From assembly GCA_022822785.1 (NCBI GenBank), contig JAJEAL010000076.1, positions 30,506-94,505 of the forward strand: a stretch of 64,000 nucleotides of DNA. Reading direction: 5' to 3'. Shown one piece after another: positions 1 through 9,213 of the stretch. The position numbers and the translations under genes were made by a program. How positions within the stretch are numbered: the first letter of the stretch is position 1; each line of letters starts with the position of its first letter. The notes beneath the pieces are model-generated. The model was given only the letters and a program-made list of their open reading frames with translations. It was not told where the DNA came from and made no database searches. Source of the DNA: Candidatus Poribacteria bacterium. GTDB taxonomy: Bacteria > Poribacteria > WGA-4E > PCPOR2b.

Positions 1-477
1 TAAGTATTCCACCTGGATTGTGGCGTTCGATTCTGATTGACTTCTCACAAATAGTGAAACCTAATACCTGATCGCGGATTGGGGTTTCATTCTATCTATA
101 TAGCATTCTATATAACTATAATAATGTTGTCAAGGCTTTTTTTTTATTATTATTTCGCCAAAAGGGAGAGTGATAATAGGTATGCCAATCTTTGTCAAAT
201 GCCGATGAACATTGACTCTGGCATCGGATGACGTTCTAATAAATTGGGATTTACATCCGTTCGGTCCAAATGATAAATAGTTGAATGCCGCTGTGGGTAA
301 GAAACCGGACGCCAAACCGACAAGTATTAAACGCGATAGCCGAAACCCGCGCCACCATTGAGTTTGTAACAGGGGGCGCTTCTGAATTAGTTCCCTAGAA
401 TGCTATATGTAACTATCTGAATCGAGTTTTCTCATTAAATAACGCTAGCAAACTTGGGTCAGTAAAGGTATTTAGGG

Positions 478-3357
478 ATGACACAGTTGACTACATCAGG
501 ACCTAACCCTCAACAGCAGGCAGCTATCCGCATAACAGAAGGGCCGCTCCTCATTATCGCTGGTCCCGGATCTGGCAAGACCTTTACGCTCGTCGAAAGA
601 ATTTATCACCTAATATCTAAAAAGAGGATACCGCCGGAACGCCTATTTGTTTCAACCTTTACGGAGAAAGCAGCTGCCGAACTCATCACCCGAATCTCAT
701 CGCGATTGGACGCCGACAACATCTCCGTCAACCTCAACGAGATGTACGTTGGTACATTCCATTCGATCTGTCTGCGTTTTCTCGAAGAGAACCGTGACTT
801 TACCCGGTTGAAGCGGAACTTCACTCTACTGGATCAGTTTGACCAGCAATATTTCATCTATCAGCGGCTCTCCGAGTACCAAGAGATTGAGGGTAACGAA
901 CATATCCTTGGCAAATCAGGGACCTTCTCGTGGAGAGGGGCAGAGGGTCTCATGAAGTGGGTGAATACAGTGAGCGAGGAGGCACTCGACCCGAAAACTC
1001 TGCTGAATGCCCCCGAGCCTGAAATTCAGGCGTTAGGGCGCTGCTATCAGAAGTATCAGGAACACCTTGACGCGGAAAACTGTCTCGACTTCTCTACCAT
1101 TCAGGTTGAGGCGTTACGTCTGCTTGGCGACCATCCCCACATACTCGACGAAATCCGCGCTAAAGTCCAATACCTAATGGTCGATGAGTATCAGGACACT
1201 AACACTATCCAAGAGCGCCTCCTCTTCAAACTCGCAGAACCGGACTACAATCTCTGTGTCGTCGGCGACGATGATCAAGGGCTGTACCGATTCCGCGGCG
1301 CGACGATACGAAACATCCTCGAGTTCCCACAGCAGTTTCCAGATGGTCTCTGCCAGCAGGTCAAGCTCACCACGAATTACCGATCCCACCCAGATATCAT
1401 CAAGTTCTACAACCACTGGATGGATACTCTCGACTGGACAGCGGAGGGTCAGACCTTCCGGTATCAAAAGACAATCGTTCCAAACGATGAAGTGGATTTT
1501 ACAGATATACCCACCGTGCTGAAAGTCTCCGGTGATCCTGAGTCCGAGAATTGGCACGAGGAGGTCCTCGCCTTTCTTTGTGACCTTAAGGACAGTGGCG
1601 CATTGACGGATTGGAATCAGGTTGCTTTCCTGTTTTGGTCGGTGCGGAATAAGAAGGTTATTGCATTGGCAGAAGCGTTGGAGGCAGGCGGCATTCCTGT
1701 CTACTCGCCGCGATCGAATCTGTTCTTTGACCGGACAGAAATCCGCCTGATGATTGGTGCTTTGATCTTCCTTTTCCCACAGTTTGAAAAGGCAAGAGAG
1801 TGGAAAGAGGGGGCCAGCCTAGAAATATGGAAGTATTACGATCACAACTGTTTCGCGGAGTTTGCGACGGAGCTCCGCAAGCCAGAGAATAAGCCACTAC
1901 TAGAGTGGTGCCGCAGGAAAGCAAAAACACATCTCAACCTAAGTGAGCCGCCAGACTACGCCTTTTCCGGGCTGTTCTATGACCTGCTCCAGTTCCCCCT
2001 TTTCAGTCAGCACCTCGGCGAACCAACCCAGGGCGACGCGATAGACAGCCGCCCTGCCCGAAACCTAGCAATCTTCTCACAACTGCTCAATAAGTACGAG
2101 TATCTCCACGGCGTCAATCTCCTGATACCCAGGAATCTCAATAGAGACCTCCAGCGACTGTTCAACCAGTTCTTCCGTTTCCTCAAGGACGGCGGCATTG
2201 ACGAATACGAGGATGCGTCCGAATATGCACCAAGCGGTTGCGTCTCGTTTATGACAATCCACCAATCGAAGGGCTTAGAGTTCCCTGTCGTAATCGTCGG
2301 CTCACTACACGCCGTGCCCCGCAAACAGTACACCGAGGTCGACGAACTGCTTCAGCATAAATACTACAGCAAAGCACCGTTTGAGCCGTTGGACCAGACC
2401 AAATACTACGACTTCTGGCGATTGTATTACACCGCCTTTTCCAGAGCCCAAAATCTCCTCCTCCTCACCTGTCAGGAAAAGACACAAAGACAGCGGGTCC
2501 CCTCCGCCTATTTTCAGCCTATCTATGATCAGGTATGTCCTTGGCGGGCTGACTCGTTTCAAACTGAAGATCTCATCCTCGAAATTATCAAAGACGTGGA
2601 TCTAAAGAATGAGTACTCATTCACATCGCATATCACCGTCTTTGAGGATTGTGCCAGACAGTACAAATTCTACCGAGACCTCGGCTTCGCTCCGATCCGC
2701 CGAAACCCTATCCTTTTCGGCACGGTCGTGCATCAGACCATTGAGGACATCCACAAAGCGGTCCTGCGCGGCGAGGAGCAGATAGTCACCGACGAGCAGA
2801 TCTCGGACTGGTTTCATGCTAACTACACCCACCTTTCACGCCAAGAGCGCCTCTATCTCAGCTCTGGAGGACAAAAAGCAGCCCTAGATCATATCCTGAA
2901 CTATGCCCACCACGAGCGAGGAACGTGGGATCGCCTCAGCGAAACGGAGGTCGAAGTGTCCCTTGTCAAGGACGCATACCTCCTCAAAGGTCACGTCGAT
3001 CTAATTCGCGGGAAAGATAACACAGTGGAGATTGTCGATTTCAAGTCGGAAAAGAAGCCCGACCTCGTCAGCGAACGCGAGAAGGTGGACCGTTATCGCC
3101 GTCAAATCGAGGTTTATGCACATATCATCGAAGGACGCACAGGTCAAAAAATCAGTAAGATGCACCTCTACTACACCGGCGAGGACGACAGCAATCCGTA
3201 TATCACCTTTGACAAGGATGCGCGCTCAATTGATCAGACGATGGAAGCGTTTGATGGAATTGTCGATCGTATCGAAAACAGAGACTTTGAAATTTCCTCC
3301 CGCCCTGACAGACTCTGTAGAAACTGTGATATGAAGGCATACTGTGACGCGATGTAG
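478..3357 (+). CDS. UvrD/PcrA-like SF1 DNA helicase fused to a C-terminal Cas4/AddB-type Fe-S PD-(D/E)xK nuclease
   Basis: The N-terminal half carries the UvrD helicase motifs in order: Walker A GPGSGKTFTL, motif II DEYQDTN, motif III VVGDDDQGLYRFRGA, motif IV TTNYRSHPDII and motif V/VI IHQSKGLEFPVVIV. The C-terminal domain has the RecB/Cas4 nuclease motifs GHVDLI, EIVDFKS and QIEVY, plus four cysteines in the Cas4/AddB Fe-S arrangement (one upstream Cys, then CRNCDMKAYC = Cx2Cx5C at the extreme C-terminus). Confidence 0.8.
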   Translation: MTQLTTSGPNPQQQAAIRITEGPLLIIAGPGSGKTFTLVERIYHLISKKRIPPERLFVSTFTEKAAAELITRISSRLDADNISVNLNEMYVGTFHSICLRFLEENRDFTRLKRNFTLLDQFDQQYFIYQRLSEYQEIEGNEHILGKSGTFSWRGAEGLMKWVNTVSEEALDPKTLLNAPEPEIQALGRCYQKYQEHLDAENCLDFSTIQVEALRLLGDHPHILDEIRAKVQYLMVDEYQDTNTIQERLLFKLAEPDYNLCVVGDDDQGLYRFRGATIRNILEFPQQFPDGLCQQVKLTTNYRSHPDIIKFYNHWMDTLDWTAEGQTFRYQKTIVPNDEVDFTDIPTVLKVSGDPESENWHEEVLAFLCDLKDSGALTDWNQVAFLFWSVRNKKVIALAEALEAGGIPVYSPRSNLFFDRTEIRLMIGALIFLFPQFEKAREWKEGASLEIWKYYDHNCFAEFATELRKPENKPLLEWCRRKAKTHLNLSEPPDYAFSGLFYDLLQFPLFSQHLGEPTQGDAIDSRPARNLAIFSQLLNKYEYLHGVNLLIPRNLNRDLQRLFNQFFRFLKDGGIDEYEDASEYAPSGCVSFMTIHQSKGLEFPVVIVGSLHAVPRKQYTEVDELLQHKYYSKAPFEPLDQTKYYDFWRLYYTAFSRAQNLLLLTCQEKTQRQRVPSAYFQPIYDQVCPWRADSFQTEDLILEIIKDVDLKNEYSFTSHITVFEDCARQYKFYRDLGFAPIRRNPILFGTVVHQTIEDIHKAVLRGEEQIVTDEQISDWFHANYTHLSRQERLYLSSGGQKAALDHILNYAHHERGTWDRLSETEVEVSLVKDAYLLKGHVDLIRGKDNTVEIVDFKSEKKPDLVSEREKVDRYRRQIEVYAHIIEGRTGQKISKMHLYYTGEDDSNPYITFDKDARSIDQTMEAFDGIVDRIENRDFEISSRPDRLCRNCDMKAYCDAM

Positions 3358-3405
3358 CTAAACTGGACGACTATCAAGTAGTCCTATAAAATAAGGAGAT
3401 ACCTC

Positions 3406-5184
3406 TTGGAAACTCAAACCCAACTCAATATTTCTGAACCCATTGATTCTGTTGAAGCCTATGAATTTGAGCCAATTCAAGGCTCCCCCATGCTCAACTG
3501 GAAGGGGAAACGCCCCTTCCAATCCACGCAATACTATCCCGTGCAACTGAAAGAGACGTATGGCGAAGAGATAAACGGTTGGCGGAACAAGATCTATTGG
3601 GGCGATAACTTGCAGGTTATGAGTCACCTGCTCAAGACCTACCGCGGGAAAATTACCTTGATTTATATCGATCCTCCGTTTGACTCGAAGGCAGAGTACA
3701 AAAAGCGGATAGAACTGAGGGGTAAAAAAGTAGAGAATGATCGCACTGCTTTTGAGGAGAAACAGTACACGGACATCTGGACGAATGATAAATACTTGCA
3801 GTTCATGTATGAACGACTGATTTTGATGCGAGAGTTGTTGGCGGAGGAGGGATCAATCTATCTTCATTGTGACCCTACTGCCGGTCACTACATCAAGGTT
3901 ATGATGGATGAGATCTTTGGAAATGAAAACTTTAGGAATGAGATTGTGTGGTGTTATACAGGGCCAAGTAGCCCAAACATGAAAAATTTCCCACGCAAGC
4001 ATGATACAATCTTTCGTTATTCAAAGTCTCAAGAGTGCTGTTGGAATCCACAGCGAATACCTTACAAGGATCCCAACCAAACACTACGTCGAGCGATGGA
4101 CGGCGGCGCAGGTATAGGTGCAGAAGAAGTAGAAAAATACCGAGCACAGGGTAAGCTCATAGAAGATTACTGGACCGATATTGCACTTGCTGTCCGCAGC
4201 CCTAAAGAACGGATTGATTACCCTACCCAAAAACCTGAAGCCCTGCTTGAACGCATCATCCAAGCGTCATCCAATCCTGGCGATCTTGTCATCGACTGCT
4301 TCATGGGTAGTGGGACGACACAAGCTGTCGCCATGAAACTTGGTCGCCGCTTTATCGGGGCAGATATCAACCTCGGTGCAGTGGAAATCACCACAAAACG
4401 CCTTCTCAACCAAGCTGCAGATATTCAGAAAAGCACGGCTCAAGGGGAAATCGACACGCGCCAAGAAGGCACAGAAGATATACAAACCTACTATACGGGT
4501 TTTGATGTCTACAACGTCAACTACTACGATGTATTCCGCAATCCCGTTGAGGCGAAAGACCTGCTGATTGAAGCGTTAGAGATTCAGCCGCTGTCTGATG
4601 GCGGAATCTACGACGGCGAAAAGGACGGCCGCATGGTAAAAATTATGCAGATCAACCGCATTGCGACCCGCGCTGATCTGAACGAGCTAATCACTGGCTT
4701 TGATTACCGTGCGTTTGAGAGGCGTCAGGAGGAACACCCAACGGTTCCGGTCGAAAAGCTGTTGCTGGTCTGTATGGGGCATGAACCCGACCTCGCCGCT
4801 GCCCTGCAAAACGAAGTGCTCCACAAACTTGACATTGAAGTGATGGATATCCTGCGCGACAAATCCAAGTTAGAGTTTAAGCGGGAATCCAAAGCGAAAA
4901 TTGTCCGTCGCAATAGACACATAATCATTGAGCAGTTCTACCCCATGAACCTCCTCCAGAAATTGAGCCTGATGGAAGAGAACGTCGAAGATTGGCGCGA
5001 GCTGGTCGAATCTGTGAAGATCGACTTCAACTACGACGGTGCCGTATTAAACCCATCGGAGGTAGACATACCCGAAGAAGGCGAATTGGTCAAAGGTTCT
5101 TACCCCATCCCCGACGACGCCGGCACGATCCGCGTTAAAATCACCGACCTACTCTCAGAATCTCTAGAAGAAGCGGTAGAATAA
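3406..5184 (+). CDS. mod: Type III restriction-modification methyltransferase (Mod subunit, beta-class N6-adenine/N4-cytosine MTase)
   Basis: Motif IV (IYIDPPFDSK) precedes motif I (VIDCFMGSGTTQAVAMKLGRRFIGADIN), separated by a long variable target-recognition region. The gene is adjacent to a Res-like helicase-endonuclease. It has a probable TTG start 7 nt after an AAGGAG ribosome-binding site. Confidence 0.8.
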   Translation: METQTQLNISEPIDSVEAYEFEPIQGSPMLNWKGKRPFQSTQYYPVQLKETYGEEINGWRNKIYWGDNLQVMSHLLKTYRGKITLIYIDPPFDSKAEYKKRIELRGKKVENDRTAFEEKQYTDIWTNDKYLQFMYERLILMRELLAEEGSIYLHCDPTAGHYIKVMMDEIFGNENFRNEIVWCYTGPSSPNMKNFPRKHDTIFRYSKSQECCWNPQRIPYKDPNQTLRRAMDGGAGIGAEEVEKYRAQGKLIEDYWTDIALAVRSPKERIDYPTQKPEALLERIIQASSNPGDLVIDCFMGSGTTQAVAMKLGRRFIGADINLGAVEITTKRLLNQAADIQKSTAQGEIDTRQEGTEDIQTYYTGFDVYNVNYYDVFRNPVEAKDLLIEALEIQPLSDGGIYDGEKDGRMVKIMQINRIATRADLNELITGFDYRAFERRQEEHPTVPVEKLLLVCMGHEPDLAAALQNEVLHKLDIEVMDILRDKSKLEFKRESKAKIVRRNRHIIIEQFYPMNLLQKLSLMEENVEDWRELVESVKIDFNYDGAVLNPSEVDIPEEGELVKGSYPIPDDAGTIRVKITDLLSESLEEAVE

Positions 5185-5203
5185 CGACTTATAGGAGAAA
5201 AAC

Positions 5204-7813
5204 ATGGCACGAAACAGACGAACACAGATTAACATTGATTTTGCCTTCTTCACCTACCTACGCATCTTTTATAATGAGAATCGCGGACGCATCCGCACTC
5301 ACTTTCGGGATCTTGCCAAAAAATTCCTCGATTTCAACGACCCGGAGTCGGGCGCGTTTTTGCGGCAACCGCAATTTGAGGCGTTAGAGATGTATATCTT
5401 CATCAAGGAATATCTTGATAATCGGCACGTCCATCAGATTTTCGCAGACTGGCACGCAAGACAAAACGGCTTTGAGGCGAGGTCAAACCTCGGCGTAGAG
5501 CAAACTGAATTGTTCGGTGAGCTAGATGCAGAGCAGTATGAAGCCGTATTTGAATATATCCGACGGTTCGAGCGTACCTATCCGAATTATATCTTCGCAC
5601 TCCCAATGGGAACAGGTAAGACGATCCTTATGGCGGGCTGTATCTTCTACGAGTTTCTGCTCGCTAACAAATTCCCGAAAGATCCCAAGTACTGTCACAA
5701 CGCCCTCGTCTTCGCACCAGATAGAACTGTCCTTCAGTCCCTAAAGGAGATTCAGACCTTCGACATGGGGCTTGTTGTGCCTCCCGAATATGTCAACTTC
5801 CTATCAACCCATCTCAAATTTCACTTCCTCGAAGAAGCGGGCACTTCACTATCGACTATCGATCAATCGCGGTTTAACGTAATCATCTCTAATACTCAGA
5901 AGATTATCCTCAAGCGTCAACACGCAGAGCGAAGCCCGGCTGATACCCTGTTCAAGAGCGGTGCGCCGACCTATCAGCCCGGTAGCCCCTATGATGAGGC
6001 GTCCGACCTCTACGACTTTGATACTCCCGAAGATGAGAAAGAGCTGACCGTTAACCAACGATTTCAGAAGCTGACGCGACTCGAACAACTCGGTATCTTT
6101 GTCGATGAGGCGCATCACGCCTTCGGCACTAAATTGGCGAGGGACATGGGGATCCAGACATCAAAGACCAGTCTTCGACTCACCATCGATGAACTGGCAA
6201 CGAATCTGGAACGGGCAGGAACCCGTGTCTCTGCGTGCTACAATTTCACTGGAACACCTTACGTTGGCCAACAGGTCTTGCCAGAAGTGGTCTACGGCTA
6301 TGGTCTAAAGGAAGCGATCGACAAAGGGTTCCTCAAGCAAGTCACACTTAACAGCTACGAGAACACACAGAACTCAGAGTTTGTGCGGCTAGTAGTCAAC
6401 GATTTCTGGGAGAACCATAGGGAACAACGCCACGAGGGCATGTTGCCGAAACTCGCCCTCTTTGCTGCAACAATTGATGAGTTACAGAATGAGCTCCGTC
6501 CTGCGGTCGAATCTGCACTGAGTGATCTCGGTGTAGATCGCTCTCGCATCCTCGTCAACGTTGGCGATCCCAAACTAACCTCCAATGATGACCTACGTGA
6601 ATTCATCAACCTTGATACATCCGCATCCGAAAAACAGTTTATCCTGCTGGTCAATAAAGGGAAGGAAGGGTGGAACTGCCGATCTCTGTTCGGTGTCGCA
6701 CTCTATCGCAAGCCGAAATCGAAAATCTTTGTCCTACAGGCAAGTATGCGATGCTTGCGTCAAATCGGTGAAGGTCAACAGACCGGCAACGTCTACCTTT
6801 CCGAAGAAAACACACAAATCCTTGATGACGAGTTACAACAGAACTTCCGCCTAACTATTGACGAGATTGAGGACATCGGAAAAGAAAAGGTCAATTATGA
6901 GGTGCGCGTCAAAAAGCCGCCGGTAAAAGTAACACTGCAACGCATCCGAAAATTGCATACACTGATAGAAAAGCAACCGCAGAATGGAATGCGTTTAGAA
7001 CTCGATCAAGCGGACACAGAGAAATATCGCTTGGTACACCGGCAAAGGGCAGGACTCTCAGCATCAAACGAGGAGCAAGTCGAAGACCTGACCGAATTCA
7101 GGGAGCGACGCGATTTCAGTCAGTTGACACTCTGCGCGGAGATTGCCCGTTACCTCAACCGTTCACCTCTGGAAATAGAGAACATCCTGACGAAAACACA
7201 GGAGGGTATGGCCGAGATTCTTCGGAGCGTCAACGAGTTTAACGAACTGCTCTATGACTGGATTATTCCACGTCTCTTCAATGCGCTGTATGATCTGAAC
7301 GAATTTGAACACCACGAACCAGAGGAGATCGAACTGGTCAAAGCGCCAGAAGACGGCTACTACAAAGTCCGATCGAATCCGGAGCTAGTAGTTAAAGACG
7401 ACGAACCGGACGACCCAACAGTAAGAAATCATGGACACAAGAGTTTTCATCTTGATACCTACGCTTTTGATTCCCAGCCCGAACGCTCCTTATTCTGGTC
7501 CCTATTAAGAGAAGGAAAAGTAAACAAGGTCTATTTCACGGGAATGCTGACGCATGGTCAATCGGACTTCTACATCCAATACATTGACCCAGAATCCCAC
7601 GCTGTCAGACGCTATTACCCTGACTTCCTGATGCAGAAAGACGATAATTCGTGGGTAATCGTGGAAGTGAAGGGGGATAATATGATTGACGATAAAATAG
7701 TACAGGCAAAGGCATCTGCTACACAGCAGAGAGCGAGTGCAAGTGATATGTCTTACGAGATCATTAAGGGCAGCGACGCAGCGGCGGGACAGTATCAACG
7801 GTTATTAGAGTAA
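5204..7813 (+). CDS. res: Type III restriction enzyme Res subunit (SF2 helicase with C-terminal PD-(D/E)xK endonuclease)
   Basis: Walker A FALPMGTGKTILMAG and DEAH box IFVDEAHHAFG identify the helicase. A C-terminal YYPDFLMQKDDNSWVIVEVKGD endonuclease motif follows. The gene is 20 nt downstream of Mod on the same strand. Confidence 0.8.
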   Translation: MARNRRTQINIDFAFFTYLRIFYNENRGRIRTHFRDLAKKFLDFNDPESGAFLRQPQFEALEMYIFIKEYLDNRHVHQIFADWHARQNGFEARSNLGVEQTELFGELDAEQYEAVFEYIRRFERTYPNYIFALPMGTGKTILMAGCIFYEFLLANKFPKDPKYCHNALVFAPDRTVLQSLKEIQTFDMGLVVPPEYVNFLSTHLKFHFLEEAGTSLSTIDQSRFNVIISNTQKIILKRQHAERSPADTLFKSGAPTYQPGSPYDEASDLYDFDTPEDEKELTVNQRFQKLTRLEQLGIFVDEAHHAFGTKLARDMGIQTSKTSLRLTIDELATNLERAGTRVSACYNFTGTPYVGQQVLPEVVYGYGLKEAIDKGFLKQVTLNSYENTQNSEFVRLVVNDFWENHREQRHEGMLPKLALFAATIDELQNELRPAVESALSDLGVDRSRILVNVGDPKLTSNDDLREFINLDTSASEKQFILLVNKGKEGWNCRSLFGVALYRKPKSKIFVLQASMRCLRQIGEGQQTGNVYLSEENTQILDDELQQNFRLTIDEIEDIGKEKVNYEVRVKKPPVKVTLQRIRKLHTLIEKQPQNGMRLELDQADTEKYRLVHRQRAGLSASNEEQVEDLTEFRERRDFSQLTLCAEIARYLNRSPLEIENILTKTQEGMAEILRSVNEFNELLYDWIIPRLFNALYDLNEFEHHEPEEIELVKAPEDGYYKVRSNPELVVKDDEPDDPTVRNHGHKSFHLDTYAFDSQPERSLFWSLLREGKVNKVYFTGMLTHGQSDFYIQYIDPESHAVRRYYPDFLMQKDDNSWVIVEVKGDNMIDDKIVQAKASATQQRASASDMSYEIIKGSDAAAGQYQRLLE

Positions 7814-7938
7814 CTCAATTAACGATTAGGAGTTATGCACTTCAACCTCAATCGGGCGTCGTGAATCGTGTTGTGCGGTGATAAATCGCCGAACTACAAA
7901 ACTTTGAACGTTCGACGGCGTAAGTCCTAATAATATCA

Positions 7939-8673
7939 TCACCGTTGAAGGTCAACGCTACTGGAGAGAATGTGTTCCGTCATCGCCTGCTGCGCCTGAT
8001 TCGCGTCTCCCTCTCGGAGAGCGTCAAGGATTTTTCGGTGCTCTTGCAAGGATAGTTTCGCCCGCGTCTCTTCACCTGTTAGCGATTCAGCAAGACTTCC
8101 TTTAATCCACTCTTGCAGATACCCCCGTATCATGCTCAGAAGGCTGTAGAGTATCGAATTTTGCGTCGCGCGCGCGATGATCAGATGAAACTGTAAATCA
8201 AATTCCAAGTATTTCTCAGGCTGCCCGATCGATGCCTCCATTCCTTGCAAGGTCTCTTCGATTGTCTCAATATTCTTTGCTGTGACCCGCTGTGCAGCCA
8301 GAAACGCCGTTTGGGATTCTAGCATGAGCCGGGTTTCGATGAGGTCTTGAACCCTTTTACGGTCAAGCAGCAGCCCCCACTGTAACGTTTTCTCCAGATA
8401 CCGCTTGTTACTGTTAGACACAAAGGTGCCATCTCCAACCCGTCCATCTATAATTCCCATGACGGCAAGAGAGCGCAACGCCTCTCTCAAGGAACTCCGT
8501 CCCACCCCTAGCCGCTTACACAATTCCCGCTCAGAAGGCAACCGGTCTCCGGGTTTCAGCACATCCCGGGAGATGAGGTCAACCACCTGCTCCACAATCC
8601 CATCACTCAGGGAGGTGCGAGTATCAGGCTTTCTCTCCTTCATCGTCAATTTTTCTTGTTCTTGCGCTTTCAT
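7939..8673 (-). CDS. GntR-family transcriptional regulator with a FadR-like C-terminal domain
   Basis: N-terminal winged helix-turn-helix VEQVVDLISRDVLKPGDRLPSERELCKRLGVGRSSLREALRSL, followed by a helical FCD-like C-terminal domain. The start is moved to the ATG at 8673 (MKAQEQ...), because the upstream 39 codons of the ORF-track frame run into the repeat element. Confidence 0.75.
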   Translation of the reverse strand: MKAQEQEKLTMKERKPDTRTSLSDGIVEQVVDLISRDVLKPGDRLPSERELCKRLGVGRSSLREALRSLAVMGIIDGRVGDGTFVSNSNKRYLEKTLQWGLLLDRKRVQDLIETRLMLESQTAFLAAQRVTAKNIETIEETLQGMEASIGQPEKYLEFDLQFHLIIARATQNSILYSLLSMIRGYLQEWIKGSLAESLTGEETRAKLSLQEHRKILDALREGDANQAQQAMTEHILSSSVDLQR

Positions 8674-8793
8674 AACATAACCTAAGTTGCTAGTGATTGG
8701 AAATCCATCAGAACCTGTAGGTCGAGATTCACATCTCGACACAAAACCGTCGATTTTGATGAAGATTAATTTATAGTGAATTGTAAACATAAC

Positions 8794-8942
8794 TAGACAC
8801 TTTCGCTCTTCATGTTTGGTAGGCGCTGTTTCCGACTGCGCCTATACGGTGCGGTTTCTAACCGCACCTACCGGGGTAATAGCCCGGATTTTTCCAGCCC
8901 CGGTGGTCGAGGTTTCCTAACCTCGCCGATTGGCAGTGTCTA
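8794..8942. mobile_element. MITE-like intergenic repeat element, copy A (inverted relative to copy B)
   Basis: Ends TAGACACT (8794) and AGTGTCTA (8935) are reverse complements. Internal blocks ggcgcagtYggaaacagcgcctaccaaacatg and ggaaaaatccgggctatYaccccggtaggtgcgg are shared with copies at 11341-11579 and 61802-61905. A flanking AGAATTAAT motif is also shared. Confidence 0.65.
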
Positions 8943-9213
8943 ATTAATTCTAAAATCTACCATAATTGTATCAAATGAGGCCGATGATGAGGGGCTTGAG
9001 GCTCCGCATACATTCGTATTATGATACCGAAAAATCGACAAATTTCAGGCATTCAAATCCTTGATGAAAATTTCACTTTACAATTTCTTAATTTTGAGTT
9101 AAACTTATGATACAAAGGTCAGACCATTAATTATTATGCGAATAAATCGCTCTGTTGTCAAGCAAAATTACAGGTGAGAACCAAGAATAATAGTTCCTAA
9201 CGAGGAGATAGCC

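Noticed and set aside
1-477. A 61-aa minus-strand ORF (130-315) and direct repeats in the AT-rich leader
   Set aside because: The leader is AT-rich and low-complexity with no ribosome-binding site or motif. It more likely carries the promoter and regulatory region for the defence operon than any coding sequence.
8674-8790. Upstream 39 codons of the GntR regulator ORF (MFTIHYKLIFIKIDGF...)
   Set aside because: This region overlaps the repeat element and has no homology signal. The internal ATG at 8673 gives a typical GntR N-terminus.
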